From: Octopus sinensis
Taxonomy: Eukaryota
DNA: 64,000 nt
Assembly: GCF_006345805.1 (NCBI RefSeq)
Contig: NC_042998.1
Coordinates: forward strand, 1 to 64,000
Direction: 5' to 3'
Below are positions 26,981-39,985 of the stretch, one piece after another (the stretch's first letter is position 1; every line of letters begins with the position of its first letter). The notes below the pieces were generated by a model that saw nothing but the letters and a program-made list of their open reading frames with translations, did not search any database and had not been told where the DNA came from. A program made the translations under genes and the position numbers.

Positions 26981-27501
26981 ACGGTATTTCAGTTTCAGGC
27001 AACTCAGCACTAAATCTATCTGAAATGTAATGGAAAATAGATCAGTTTCAAAACATTGATGTCTAGGTCACAAAAGAAAAATCTGAAGGGGATAGTAGTC
27101 ATTTCCTTTGATTTCTGGGAACTAACACTTACTGACCAAAGACAAAGAAAAACAAAATTGTTACACAGTGTGATGTTGTGAATAAAGGGTAATAAAAGAG
27201 TGAAAAAAGTAAGTAAAGATTCGTAGAGATTCCGGTAGAATTTATAACGTAGTCAGGAATATATCCAACTGTACCAGTACAAACTGATGAATTAAGTTAA
27301 CAGCTGAATTATTTGTTATCGATGGAGGAGAATAGTTTTGGTTCTGTAGTGGAGATAGGATTTTGTAGCCCAGTGTTTACACGAGAAAATCATTTCGTTA
27401 TATTTATTTATTAGATTATCCCAAGCCAGAATGAAAAATCTGTGTTTGTTTCTGTATGTACGTGTGCAACTACACACACAAACACATACACACACACACG
27501 C

Positions 27502-27544
<43 letters not shown>

Positions 27545-27753
27545 GTGCTTCTACATACCCCAACATTTATATTTACTAAATACGCACATATACATACATG
27601 CATACATACAAATATATACACCGTGTGTGTGTGGTATGTAACCACACACACACACACATGATTTCTCTTAGGCATAGCGTTCCTAATAACCCATTGTTAG
27701 AATTCAATATACCTCTGATTCGGACCAACCTATCAGTTGAATACAGAGCAAAA

Positions 27754-27978
27754 TATCAATTAATGAAAGACAAAAGAACAAGAGTTACATTATCACTTTC
27801 ATTAGCTTACGGTTATTTCTGTTGTAAGTGGCTTGCATTCAGAGTTGAGTGCACGCCAGATACCCCAGATACCCCAGATACCCCAGATACCCCGTGAAAA
27901 TTTCTGACGGCAGAAGCAGCTGTAAGTTAATGAAAATGATTTCGTAACTCTTGCTCTTTTGCCTTTCATTGAGTGATA
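27754..27978. mobile_element. MITE with ~65-bp imperfect TIRs, TA at both ends, internal (CCAGATACC)x4
   Basis: TATCAATTAATGAAAGACAAAAGAACAAGAGTTAC.. versus the reverse complement of ..GTAACTCTTGCTCTTTTGCCTTTCATTGAGTGATA. Confidence 0.75.
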
Positions 27979-28069
27979 CATACATACATACATACATACA
28001 TACACACAAACACACACTCACATACATATATATATATATGTATATGTATATAGTACAAAGTAAGATATG

Positions 28070-28118
<49 letters not shown>

Positions 28119-28130
28119 GTATATATGTAT

Positions 28131-28189
<59 letters not shown>

Positions 28190-28229
28190 GCTTGCTGATC
28201 AATTGTTTTTGTCTCATTTTGTCTCAAAG

Positions 28230-28520
28230 TCGTAAGACGCCCCTTGTCATTCTTGTTTTTAACCGTTACTGTTTCCAATTTTGCCTTCGTTTCTTGTATT
28301 CATATTCGTCTCTGTTGCGTTTACATTCTTTCCTTCTACCAAGAAATCTAATGCCCACAGCTTAGTTTTTCCTTGGGGCTGGCCGAGTTGCAGCAAATCT
28401 CAGAATTAAACAGCCGAAATTTGCCATGATGATTCGGTTTCTGACTGAAGATTGAAGGCTTCGAATGTCTTGTGTGTTTTCCGTGTTCGTCACTTCGTGT
28501 ATTTCAGGTTCTTTATATAT
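28230..28520 (+). mobile_element. Diverged copy of the repeat family at 54830-55985
   Basis: Shares CCAAG.AATCTAATG..CTTAG.TTTTCCTT.GGGGCTGGCC..GACTGAAGATTGAAGGCTTCGAATGTC. Confidence 0.75.
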
Positions 28521-28532
28521 AAAGTTTTATTC

Positions 28533-28568
<36 letters not shown>

Positions 28569-28574
28569 TGTATG

Positions 28575-28651
<77 letters not shown>

Positions 28652-28656
<5 letters not shown>

Positions 28657-31653
28657 TGATTGATTGATTGATTCTAGTTTCAGCTTATGAGCTGTGGCCA
28701 TGCTGGGGCACCGCCATTTGGTGTTGCTACTTGGTTTCACTTCATGGAGGCTTTCTAGCAACTGCTATTTGGTGCATGAGAGAGTTCGATGCAGCTGCCC
28801 TCATCTGCCCCTCCTGCCGTGAAGTTGGTTCATCTGGGACACCTGACAGGAAGAGATCCAGCTTCATTTTAAAGACATCTGTATCCACCCCATGCAGGTC
28901 TCTCAGGTTCTTCGGGAGGATATTGAAGAGCTTGGTCCTCGGAAGCCCAGGCTATCACAGAATCTTGTCCTACATCTTGATGGCAGGTTTGGAGTCCTAG
29001 GCACCACGCAGTGGCGCCCAGTTCTGGCATTTGCGTAACTCTCGATGCCAAAGTCAAGACACTTCCCTCCAGGATCTTCCAGATGTATATTATGGCATAT
29101 CTTTCCGACCTACGCTCCAGGGAATATAATTTTAATCTCTTGAGTCTTTCCCAGTAGCTTACATTCTGCATAGAGGCTATCTTCTTTGTGTAGCTTCGTT
29201 GGATCGCCTCAAGTTCTGTGATCAACTTGACACTGGATGGTGACCATAGCTGAGAGCAATAGTTAAAGTGGCTTAGGACAAGTGTCTTCCAGAGGACCAT
29301 CATGGTTTCTTGTTCTCTTGTTCTAAAGGTTCTAAGAATCCATCCAGCCAGCCGTCTACATTTCATTGTCAGTTTAGCAACATGTACATGAAAGGTCGCG
29401 TCATCACTCATGTGAATACCCAGGTCACGCACTGATTGTGCCTCTGGGATTACAATCCCTCGGGTCCAGTGTATTCATTGGGTATTGCATTCAGTTTTGC
29501 ATGCTGATAGTATAAAGCTTGAAACTTTCCAGCATTGAACTGCATGCTATTCTTTTCAGCCCACTTGTATATTTCGTCCAGCTCACATTGCAGGTGTTTA
29601 GTGTCCTCAGGGTTCTGTATTGCCTGTGAAACTTTTGTATCATCTGCATAACTTGTGATCGTGGCTCTCTGCGTGGCTGAGGGCATGTCTGAGAGGGCCA
29701 TTATGAACAGTAGTGGTCCCAAAACAGTGCCCTGTGGAACACCGCTCACTATTTGCGTGCTAATGGAAGTGGCCCTATTGGCTACTACCACCTGACTTCT
29801 ATTCTTCAGAAAGTCGTGAAGCCATTCTCCTAGTTTTCCAACTATGCCAAGATCACGCAGTTTGTGACATATCATTCCATGATCGACTTTATCGAAGGCC
29901 TTTGCGAAGTCGAGATATATGACTTCCACATTTGAGTGGTTGAGCAGTGGTTTCAGCACCCAGTCATAGTGCTGCAGGAGCTGAGTTAAGCAGCTTCTTC
30001 CTGGTCGGAAACAATGTTGGGTGTCAGGCAGCAAGTCATTTTCTTCAAGGAAGGTGATTAGTTTCCTTCTGACTATTCGTTCCATGACCTTGCTGATGGT
30101 GAGGTCAGAGAGATAGGTCTGTAGTTCTTGGCCTCCGCTCTGCTACCTCCTTTATGAATAGGGCATATTTTACCTTCCTTCAGTCCCCTTGGAAGTTTGC
30201 CAGCTGCAAGGAAGCTCTGAAAGAGGAACTGCAGTGGTCTTGCTAAGACTCTCTTACATACTTTTAGGAGGATTGCCGAGAATCCATCGGGGCCAATAGC
30301 TGAGTCTATTTTCATTTCATCTATAGCCTTTATTACATCGTCTTCCTTTATATCGATGTAAATTATCGTCGCCGCCTCTGATTCTATATCTAGTGGTAAA
30401 GAAGTCAGTTGGATTGCTGATTTGGAAATGCCCAAGGGGTGGAGTGAAAACACTCTTGAATTGTTCATTCAGTATTTCACTTACCCTCATTGGTTTTCCT
30501 GTGAGTGTGCCATCCTTTTCAAGGAGTGGCCCTATCCTACAGTGCACCGTAGCTGTTTCTTTGGCATACCTGTAGAAAGCTCTGGGGTTAGTTTTTATGT
30601 TGTCTATAGCCCAGGCTTCTTTGTCTGCTCTTTCCTTCTCATGGGAGAGTTGCAGACAATTTTCAATTTCCAACAGTTTTATTTTCAGGCGGGACTTTTC
30701 TGCTTTCAATTTGTTTGTTTAGGCGATTTGAAATTTTTGTACGCCGTCTCATTAAAATTTTCCTCTCTCTGGGGATTTTGTTCTTGTGTACAGTGGCCTT
30801 TCTCTCTGGGACACATTTGTAGCATATGGCTTGCATTACAGACATGAATTGTTGAAGTATCATGTCGATGTCCGGCGAGGAGAGACATTCAGGCCAGTTT
30901 TGTTTGAGGATCTCTTTCTCAATTTGTTTCCAGTTTGCCTTATTGAAGTTCAAGCTGGAAAGATTCTGAGGGTTTCTTGTAGGCTGCATGTCCGTGCTCT
31001 TTTGGCCCGTACATGGTCAGCTCTACCATGTTGTGATCCGAGAGTAGTGTCGGTGTCACTTTCACATTATGGATGAGATCCATATTATTTGTGAAGCAGA
31101 GATCCAGTGTGTTACCTGCTCTGGTTGGTTGGAGTATTACTTGCTCCATGTACAGGGTGTTGGTGAGGTTCAGGAGGGACCTCGCCTGTCCACGTTCACA
31201 TCTTGTCATTCCTGGGAGAGAAAGGCCCTCGGGCCATCTGACATTCGGTAGATTGAAGTCTCCCATGAGAAGTACACTTATCTGTTGTTCTAATGTGGTT
31301 AGAACTTCTTCTATTTTTAAAAGGCAGTCCTAAAACTTGCCCATATGACTTGGGGCATCTGGAGGGCGATATGTAGCACACACAACTACATCAAGTTGCC
31401 TTATGTGTACAATTAGTGTGTCACACACCGAGTTTGAGTATGACAAAAGGACCTGGGGTGTGAGGTCCCCACGGATGTACATAGCAACTCCTCCATGACT
31501 CCTTTCTTTCCTGTCGGTCCGTAGTACAACATACTGTGGTATGTGTAATTCCGCATCTGCTATGTCCGGTTTCAGATGCGTTTCTGTGAGTGCTATGCAT
31601 AAGGCTTGATTGCATGCGACAAAGTCTCTCAGGAACGGGACTTTTGTCCTGTT
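28652..31653 (-). mobile_element. CR1/Jockey-group LINE, near-complete ORF2 (APE + RT), frameshifted, 5'-truncated, (ATCA)n tail
   Basis: APE motifs IALTETHL, GGVAMY, MGDFNLP, NTLDLCF, SDHNMV. RT motifs GPDG, NYRPISLTS, YLDFAKAFDKVDH, GVPQGTVLGPLLF, YADD. The tail is (TGAT)n at 28652-28672. Confidence 0.95.
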
Positions 31654-31742
31654 ATATATATATGTATATATATATATATACTTTGATACTTTGATACTTT
31701 GATAGGTTTCGGCCATTATTGGCCCAGGCCATGTCTAACTTA

Positions 31743-31774
<32 letters not shown>

Positions 31775-31884
31775 GTATATATATGTATATATATATATAT
31801 ATAATATATATATGTGTGTTGTGTATATATATATATATAATATATATATATATATAGATATATATATATATATATATATAATAA

Positions 31885-32140
31885 TATTAGTGGAATAAAT
31901 CCAAACTTACAGGGAAAAATCAGTTTTAGGATTGAATCCAATTTTATAGTAAAATATTATATTATATTAAATTAGAGACAAAACCACTATTAGGCAAATC
32001 ATACAATGAAAAACTTAAGCCAATACATAAGATTATTTAATTTATATTATTTAAATATATAACAAAAATATTAAAAAAATATATTAATATATCACACGAT
32101 CGTTTCATGGCTCTTAATTTCTTTAAATTTTCGAGTTACA
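31885..32140 (-). mobile_element. Copy of the AT-rich repeat family P2 (see 43315-43545), ribozyme head decayed
   Basis: Reverse complement aligns with 43385-43545. It retains GAAACGATCG but has lost the CUGANGA and UH elements. Confidence 0.8.
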
Positions 32141-32174
32141 GTCATATATATATGTATGTATATATATTATATAG

Positions 32175-32248
<74 letters not shown>

Positions 32249-32384
32249 GAGAGTGAGTGGACAATCGAAAGAAGAGCACTCAACAAATTTGATGGGGTTA
32301 CATGTGTGGATCAAAACATTTTGATTCAAATCGTTGGTACTCCGAGTTTCAAGTTGATTCAACTTCTGTCATTCAAATTCAAAA

Positions 32385-32424
32385 TGGCTGATGACTAGCA
32401 CCGTGCTTGAAACTCGGAGTATCA
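32385..32424 (+). ncRNA. Minimal type I hammerhead candidate inside a 47-bp-arm inverted repeat (32307-32353 / 32406-32453)
   Basis: UGG-CUGAUGA-CU-AGCA(CCG)UGCU-U-GAAA-CUCGGAG-UA-UCA: intact core and GUA triplet, weak helices I and II. Confidence 0.5.
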
Positions 32425-32483
32425 ACGAGTTTGAATCAAAATGTTTTGATCCATCCATCCATGTATATTATATATATATATGA

Positions 32484-32548
<65 letters not shown>

Positions 32549-33120
32549 GTATGTATACACAGACAGACACACGCCCGCCAACAACACACACACACACACA
32601 CCACACACAACACACACACGCGTATTCAGACAGATGCACACACATAGTTATAGACGCATATAGACAAATGCAACAATTTTCGTATATACGCATAAATGGA
32701 ATGTCTGTTAATATATATTATGAATCCTAGTCTTACAAGTTGGAATCATCTCAGAATTAGAAACGAATATTTAAGAACGAGATTCGCCAATGTTTTATTA
32801 GCGCATGAATATTGTGCCTTTTTATTTGTATTGTATGATTTGGCAGTTGACTAAATTTATCTACTGAAATTTATATTGACTATTTTTGTCTTTCAATGTG
32901 CAGATGTCTGCCGACGCTGAAAGTCATATGTCTTCGAGTCAAGTTCCAAAACGAATGGTTCAGCATAAGATATCTAACTTCAAATTTGTTGGCTGTTAAA
33001 ACTACATAAGCTTTACTAGTAACACTACATCATTAATTAATCAATTCCCATCTCTCTCCCTCTCCCTTCCCTTCCCTTCCTTTCCCCTCCCCTTCCTTCT
33101 TCGTCTCTCCCCCTCTCTCG

Positions 33121-33165
<45 letters not shown>

Positions 33166-33466
33166 TATACACACACTACATATACAGCTATAAATATATA
33201 ATATAAATAATATATAAATATATGCATATATACATACATGTATATACATACCTACATATATATGTATATATACATGTATATATGGGTACAGGACATAAAA
33301 AAATCGTTCAACACAATGAGAAACGTAAACATAAAAACAAAAACATAGAAAACGAACTTTTTTTCGAACAACGAAAAAAACCCCAGAGAAACGAGACATA
33401 CAACATGAATGAATATTCCCCTTCATCAGTTGTCCCTGTTTCATCTACTCGGCTTTTCGAGCTGTA

Positions 33467-33730
<264 letters not shown>

Positions 33731-33751
33731 ACTCTCTCTCTATATATATAT

Positions 33752-33807
<56 letters not shown>

Positions 33808-36432
33808 AGTTGGCTCAAAAGCAAATAGCAAGGCCATGTACGGGGACATGGAGATAAGTACAGGGTGGTGTTCATGTAAAGAGTTCAGGCCACTTGAGGT
33901 CAAGGGAGGCTTTGAACAAAGCGGTCGTCGGCATCTTCACCATCTCGTCTGGCAGCTTGTTCCACGGATCTGCAACCCGGACGGAGAAAGCTCCTCTCCT
34001 TCGATTGAGATGAAATCGTCGCAGGTAGAGCTTTGCGGAATAACCCCGCAGCCGACGGTCTGGAGCAGGAGTGAAGAACAGCTCTTTCGAGAGGTTACAC
34101 TTTCCGCTTATGATGTTGTGGGTGAGAATGAGATCACCACGGCGGCGGCCTTTTTCAAGAGAATAAAGGTCGAGCGTCCCCAGCCTTTCTTCATAGGACA
34201 AATTTTGAGACCATGAACCATGCGGGTAGCCAGCTTCTGGACTCTTTCAAGATGCTGTATGTCTTTGAGGAGATAAGGAGAAGAGGCTTGAATCCCGTAC
34301 TCCAATATGGGTCTCACCAGCGTGACATAGAGCGGTAGGAATATGGCTGCTGTGAGCATTCCGAATGACCGTCGAATCAAGAACAGAACTCCGCGTGCTT
34401 TGTTGGCAGCATGGACGCACTGGGCCGAAGGCGAAAAGGAGGAATCCACCAAGATACCCAGGTCCTTTACCTGATCGGTCCTCTCCAGCAGCAGACGACC
34501 CGGCTTGAAATCAAGTTGAGTTGCAGGAGGAGAGCCAACAGGCAGATGACAACACTTTAACACGTTCAGACACAGGTCCCATTCGTTAGACCACTTCCAA
34601 ATTTGGTGGAAGCATCGACGAAGATCCTCTATATCACTGCGAGGAGCGACCAGTTTGATATTATCGGCAAATAGAAGGGTGTGTTGCGTGAGGTCGTCCG
34701 GCAAGTCATTTATGAAGACTAAGAACAATAAGGGCCCAAGCACTGAACTTTGAGGCACGCCACTGCTCGCACTGGAGACGTCGGACCTCGAACAATTAAC
34801 TTGGACTTGGAAGGAGCGATCTGAGAGGAAGGCACCAACCCAACGTACAATATCCGGATGGAAACTATATGCTTGAAGCTTGACAAGTAATAGGCGGTGG
34901 TTTACCGAGTCAAAAGCTTTGGCAAAGTCCAATAAAACGATGTCAACAGTATCACTATCATCGAGGATGCGCGTCACTAATTCTTCCATTACCAGTAAGT
35001 TGGTCAAGCATGATCTCTTCGGCACGAAGCCGTGTTGGGAATCAGAGATAGAGGCTGTGTTTTGGAGGTGGAGCATCATACTTTTCTTAAGGATGGTTTC
35101 GAACATCTTGCTGATTATTGATGTAAGGGAAACCGGTCGGTAGTTAAGCGGGTCTTCGCGGCTCCCTTTCTTGAAAATTGGGCAGATTATCGCTGTTCTC
35201 CAGTCGGCAGGTATAACACCCGTCGCCAATGACATATTGAATAGACGTGTTAAGGGCTCGCAGATGCCGTCAGGGCCGTGACCCTTGTTGACATCGAGGC
35301 CTTGAATAACACGTTTGACTTCGTCCCGCGTGATGACCAATCTAGGCATTGGAGGTACCGATCTATCAAATGGAGGGGGTTCACGACCATCATCTTGTTT
35401 GAAAATAGTTGAAAAAGTCTCGGCAAATAATTGACTCTGTTGATAAGGGTCCTCAATCGATACGCCTGTTGAGTCTACCAACGTTGCAATCTGGTTGTTC
35501 AAGCGGGAATTCCGTTGGACATGGGCAAAGAAGGTTTTTGGATTGCTTCTGGCATTTGCCGCGATTTTGTATTCATAACTGAAGCGTTCTTCCTTTTCAA
35601 TTTTCACGGCTCGGTCTCGTTGCGTTTTGTACACCTCAAAAGCTGCAGTCGAATCCAGATTTTTTAATTCAGCCCAAGCAATATCTCTGAGTCGACGTTA
35701 TCGTTTAACCTTCTTCGTCACCCAGGGCTTGTGTTTCTTCTTCTTGGGAAGCCCAACGGGAACTGCCTGGTCAGTCAACCAGATTACATATGCTTTGAGG
35801 GATGACCATAGTTCGTCAACTGAGGACAACGTCATCAGGGATCGCCAGTCCAGAAGCGCGGAAGCCTCGGTTAGAATTTCAAGATTAATTGCAGAGAAGA
35901 CTCTATGTGGCAGCGAAGTAGTCGTGGGCGTAGAAAAAGTTGTGTGCATGACGAACTTCATGACCGCATGATCACTCTTGGCAAGAGGGGCGCACACAGA
36001 TACGTCTGACACTGATCTTGGATAGCGGGAGAATACCAGATCCAGCATAGATGGCTGCTGCCCAGATCGATGCCTTGTCGGATATTCAACATGTTGCGAT
36101 AGAAAACAATCTTCAGCCACGCCAAGAAGGGCCTGGCCGAACCGGGAAGATGTTGTACAAATTGATGCGGGCCAATCGATAATGGGAGCGTTGAAGTCTC
36201 CTAGTACCAAACAGTCATGCAAAGCTGAAACGAATCTTATCGCTTCGAGTAAATGAGCATCGTCCTGGGGGTCGGCAAGAGGCGGCCTGTAGACAGCTAA
36301 CACGGGCAGGCAAAACTCGGATAGGCTCAGGTTGCAATAGACGGCATCGAATTTTGTTGTAGGTTAAGCATTAGTAGGTAGAATACCGCTGGACGGTTTG
36401 TGCTCAGATTTGACATACACAGCAACACCTCC
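33752..36432 (-). mobile_element. CR1-group LINE ORF2 (APE + RT), 5'-truncated, (CTAA)n tail
   Basis: ORF 35698-36303 (LVLGDFNAP, MLDLVFS, SDHAV) and ORF 34108-35634 (NYRPVSLTS, LLDFAKAFDSVNH, GVPQSSVLGPLLFL, FADN). There is a short deletion after GPDGI. The tail is (GTTA)n at 33752-33808. Confidence 0.95.
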
Positions 36433-36462
36433 ATATATATATATATACATATGTATGTATGT

Positions 36463-37275
36463 ATATTTAGGGCTAAAAACCACTATGTGGACAGCCATAT
36501 GCTAGAAGTAGATTACATACGATCAAACTACAAAGAAAGAATGTTCTCCAGAGAAAATTCAGCGGACACCAGAACATAGGCGGGCAAGACAGATGAAAAT
36601 TATATAAAAATCAAGAATTAATCGTATACCGATTTCGACTATCACCGAATAAATTACGTAATCCTTCGTTCGTAGATTCATCAGTACGATCGTTCCAAAA
36701 GCAATATAATTTGTAAAACTAACCACCAGTTTTCTGTATAAAACCAGACACGTGCTTAATTTCACCGATTACATTGTGGTTAATTTCAAATGTCTGAGTT
36801 CTGGCGCGCTAAATTCCGGAAACAAATTCTGCAGCAAATAATGTACTGCAGTTAATGCTGCCTATTAGAGAACATAATTTTTTTAACATTTAAATAATGA
36901 GGGAGATAAATAGAATATTAATTTAATTAATATCAATTTAAAACCAGTAGCGTAGCATATAAAAATCTGAAAAATCAGAGAAACTTCCGATACATGTGTA
37001 TATTTAGGGCTAAAAACCACTATGTGGGCAGCCATTTGCTAGAAGTAGATCACATACGATCAAACTACAAAGAAAGAATGTTCTCCAGAGAAAATTCAGC
37101 GGACACCAGAACATAGGCGGGCAAGACAGATGAAAATTATATAAAAATCAAGAATTAATCGTATACCGGTTTCGTCTATCACCGAATAACTTACTCAGAT
37201 TTTTATATGCTAGGCTACTGGTTTTAAATTGATATTAATTAAATTAATATTCAATTTATCTCCCTCATTATTTAA
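36463..37275 (-). mobile_element. Penelope pLTR/retrozyme-like unit: 190-bp direct repeats 537 bp apart plus an inverted 85-bp segment
   Basis: 36463-36652 repeats at 37000-37189. 36888-36970 is inverted at about 37195-37275. Confidence 0.85.
36621..36690 (-). ncRNA. Type I hammerhead ribozyme (family P4)
   Basis: AUCGUA-CUGAUGA-(41-nt helix II region AUCUA..UAGUC; UAGAC in the second copy)-GAAA-UCGG-UA-UACGAU: perfect 6-bp helix I. The second copy has the palindrome ACCGGU. Confidence 0.75.
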
Positions 37276-37481
37276 ATATATATATATATATTATATATAT
37301 AATAGACACACACAGACACACACACTACACACACACATATATACATGGTCTTCTTTCGGTTTCCGTCTACCAAATCTACTCAGAATAATGACGAAAGGAC
37401 TTTGGCAAGCATAACTTGTGGCTGAGTGATTAACCGAATGAGTAATCAAACAATCGATTAGTTAGTTAAATAACTAACCAA

Positions 37482-37571
<90 letters not shown>

Positions 37572-37572
<1 letters not shown>

Positions 37573-38158
37573 TTCACAGACACGACAGAGTTGGGACCTA
37601 TATACACTGGAAACTATGCCAACATTATGGAATAACAACAGAAAAAAGTTGGTATAGGCACACACCAGAAAAGGTCACAGAAAACGAGAAAGCAACCATA
37701 CTCTGGGATATGCCAATACACACAGATAGAGAAATTAAGGCCAACAGACCAGATATAGTTGTCAGAGATCATGAAGAAAAAAAAATGCTTTCTAATTGAT
37801 GTATCAATACCGGCAGATGACAATGTATCTCTAAAAGAAATGGAGAAACTTTCAAAATACAAAGACCTGGAAATAGAGGTAACCAGAATGTGGAATCTAA
37901 AAACAGAAACAATTCCTATCATAGTAGGTGCATTAGGCATGATAAAAAAATATTCAGACAAATACATAACAAAAACACTAGGACTTACAAACACATATAA
38001 CATACAGAAAATTGCACTACTAGGCACTGCACACATCCTACGCAGAACACTTTCCATACAATAACCATCAGAGCATCACAACAAATTACAGCACATACCC
38101 AAGGCACACAGAGCTGCGCTCGGTAGTGAAGTGAAAGCACGCTATAAAAATAAAACTA

Positions 38159-38165
<7 letters not shown>
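37572..38165 (+). mobile_element. R4/Dong-type non-LTR element 3' end (restriction-like endonuclease), embedded in (TAA)n
   Basis: HRHDRVGTYIHW...ANRPDIVV, then a one-base slip in an A9 run to CFLIDVSIP...EKLSKYKDL...PIIVGALG. (TAA)n flanks both sides. Confidence 0.9.
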
Positions 38166-38195
<30 letters not shown>

Positions 38196-38534
38196 TAATA
38201 ATAATATAATAATAATAATAAAGTAAAATTGACCCAGTGTGTGTGTGTTTATTATTGGCGTAATAACCCTTCCGAGATACAACAAAAGCGTTGATGTATT
38301 TTAGATGAAGCAGGCATAGATAACAAGGCTGTCTTCTAACCGTCGAAATCACATCCGTATGCTTAATTATACACAAGCAATAACAAACATAATAAATAAA
38401 ATATATAACAAAAGAATCAAAAGAAAGTAGATAACTAAATAAAAAATCAATTTCTTGTACAGACACAAAGTCGGAATTTTGGGTGAGTGCAAAGGGTCTG
38501 AGGATGAATTTGACTCAAACGTTTGGCTGATAAT

Positions 38535-38665
38535 TTGTGATCGACAACAAAAGAATGAAAAGTAAAGTTGATCTCGGCGGGATTTGAACTCAGAGCACAA
38601 AGAGTTTTAATAAATACAGCAAGGAAATTTGTTCGACGCTCTAACACTACAGCCAAATCATCACC
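38535..38665 (-). mobile_element. Diverged OK-like SINE fragment
   Basis: Contains AAAGTTGATCTCGGCGGGATTTGAACTCAGA. Confidence 0.7.
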
Positions 38666-38997
38666 CTTTAAGTGAATTAAACAATAATGATTGTGAAAAA
38701 TAATTAATCAAATACTTGATTGTGTTAAAGTTCTAACAATACTCATGCTGACACTTAGGTAAACGAATGCATACACTAATACACATACATACATACATAC
38801 ATACATACACACATACACACACACATACATACATACATACATACATACATACATACATACATACATACATGCATACATACATACATACACACATACATAC
38901 ACACACACATACATACATACATACATACATACATACATACATACCTGCATGCATGCATGCATACATACATGCATGCATACATACATATATGCATATA

Positions 38998-39530
38998 TAC
39001 ATCGCATTATTATCTACCAATGAGATATAATGATGTAGCCAAGACACTGTATAATGAGATCCGTTGGAGAGATAATCCGAGGTTAAAGAGATAAAAACCC
39101 ATAGGGTGGAAGAGGCCATAGCCGCTCATAATATGAAAGAGTCCTGGTGAAATGTCTTAGTAAAAACCTCAATAAAATGCGAACGTAATAGACCAGAAAT
39201 AGTGATTTGGGGCTGAGAAGAGGGACTGTAGTGGAAATTAGTTGCCCATCGGATCTCAGCATAAAGCTAAAAATCAGCTAATATAAAACATTTACGCTCA
39301 ACTACAGAGACATTTACTGTTATTCTACTCGGATTTCAAGTTCAGGTTTATACCCGTAATTATTGGGGGCACAAGGATATGTAACAAACTGGTTAAGCTC
39401 TAATCGTGAGAGATTAGGGTTATCAAAACCAGAAAGGAGTAACTTAATTAGATTATAGATACCAGCCATCAATAGAACTATCAAAAATATAACACTTTCC
39501 CAACATTTAGCCTTTAAGTACATATGCGCA
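38998..39530 (+). mobile_element. Second, older RLE-type non-LTR element 3' fragment
   Basis: HYYLPMRYNDVAKTLY, NRPEIVIW, VVEISCP and FIPVIIGAQGYV, with stops and frameshifts. Confidence 0.75.
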
Positions 39531-39589
39531 TGTCTAGACATGGAGCTACAAGAATACAGAAATAAATATATATACATATAACTGTCCTC

Positions 39590-39708
39590 CACAATAACCC
39601 TGGACCGATCCACACCTTGTGTGTGGATTTGGTAGACAGAAACTGAAAGAAGCCCCTCGTGTATGTATGTATGTATGTATGTATGTATGTATGTATGTAT
39701 GTATGTAT

Positions 39709-39740
<32 letters not shown>

Positions 39741-39985
39741 GTATGTATGTATGCGTGTGTGTATGCGTGCCTTTGTGTATGTGTTTGTACCCCATCATTG
39801 CGTGACAACTAGTGTTGGTTTGTTTACATCCCCGTAACTTAGCGGTTGGGCAAAAGAGCCTGTTAGCATAAGTATCAACCTTAAAGAAAAATAAGTACTG
39901 GGAATCGATATCGATCTGTTCGACTAATCCTTTCGAGGCGGTGCCCTTGCATGGCAGTAGTCCAATGACTGAAGCATGTAAGACA
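39590..39985 (+). mobile_element. OR-like CORE-SINE, 5'-truncated, expanded internal (TATG)n
   Basis: GGATTTGGTAGACAGAAACTGAAAGAAGCCC ... GGCGGTGCCCTTGCATGGCAGTAGTCCAATGACTGAAGC. Confidence 0.85.

Noticed and set aside
33395-33435. Minus-strand CUGAUGAAGGGAAU
   Set aside because: No downstream GAAA/UH or closing helices.
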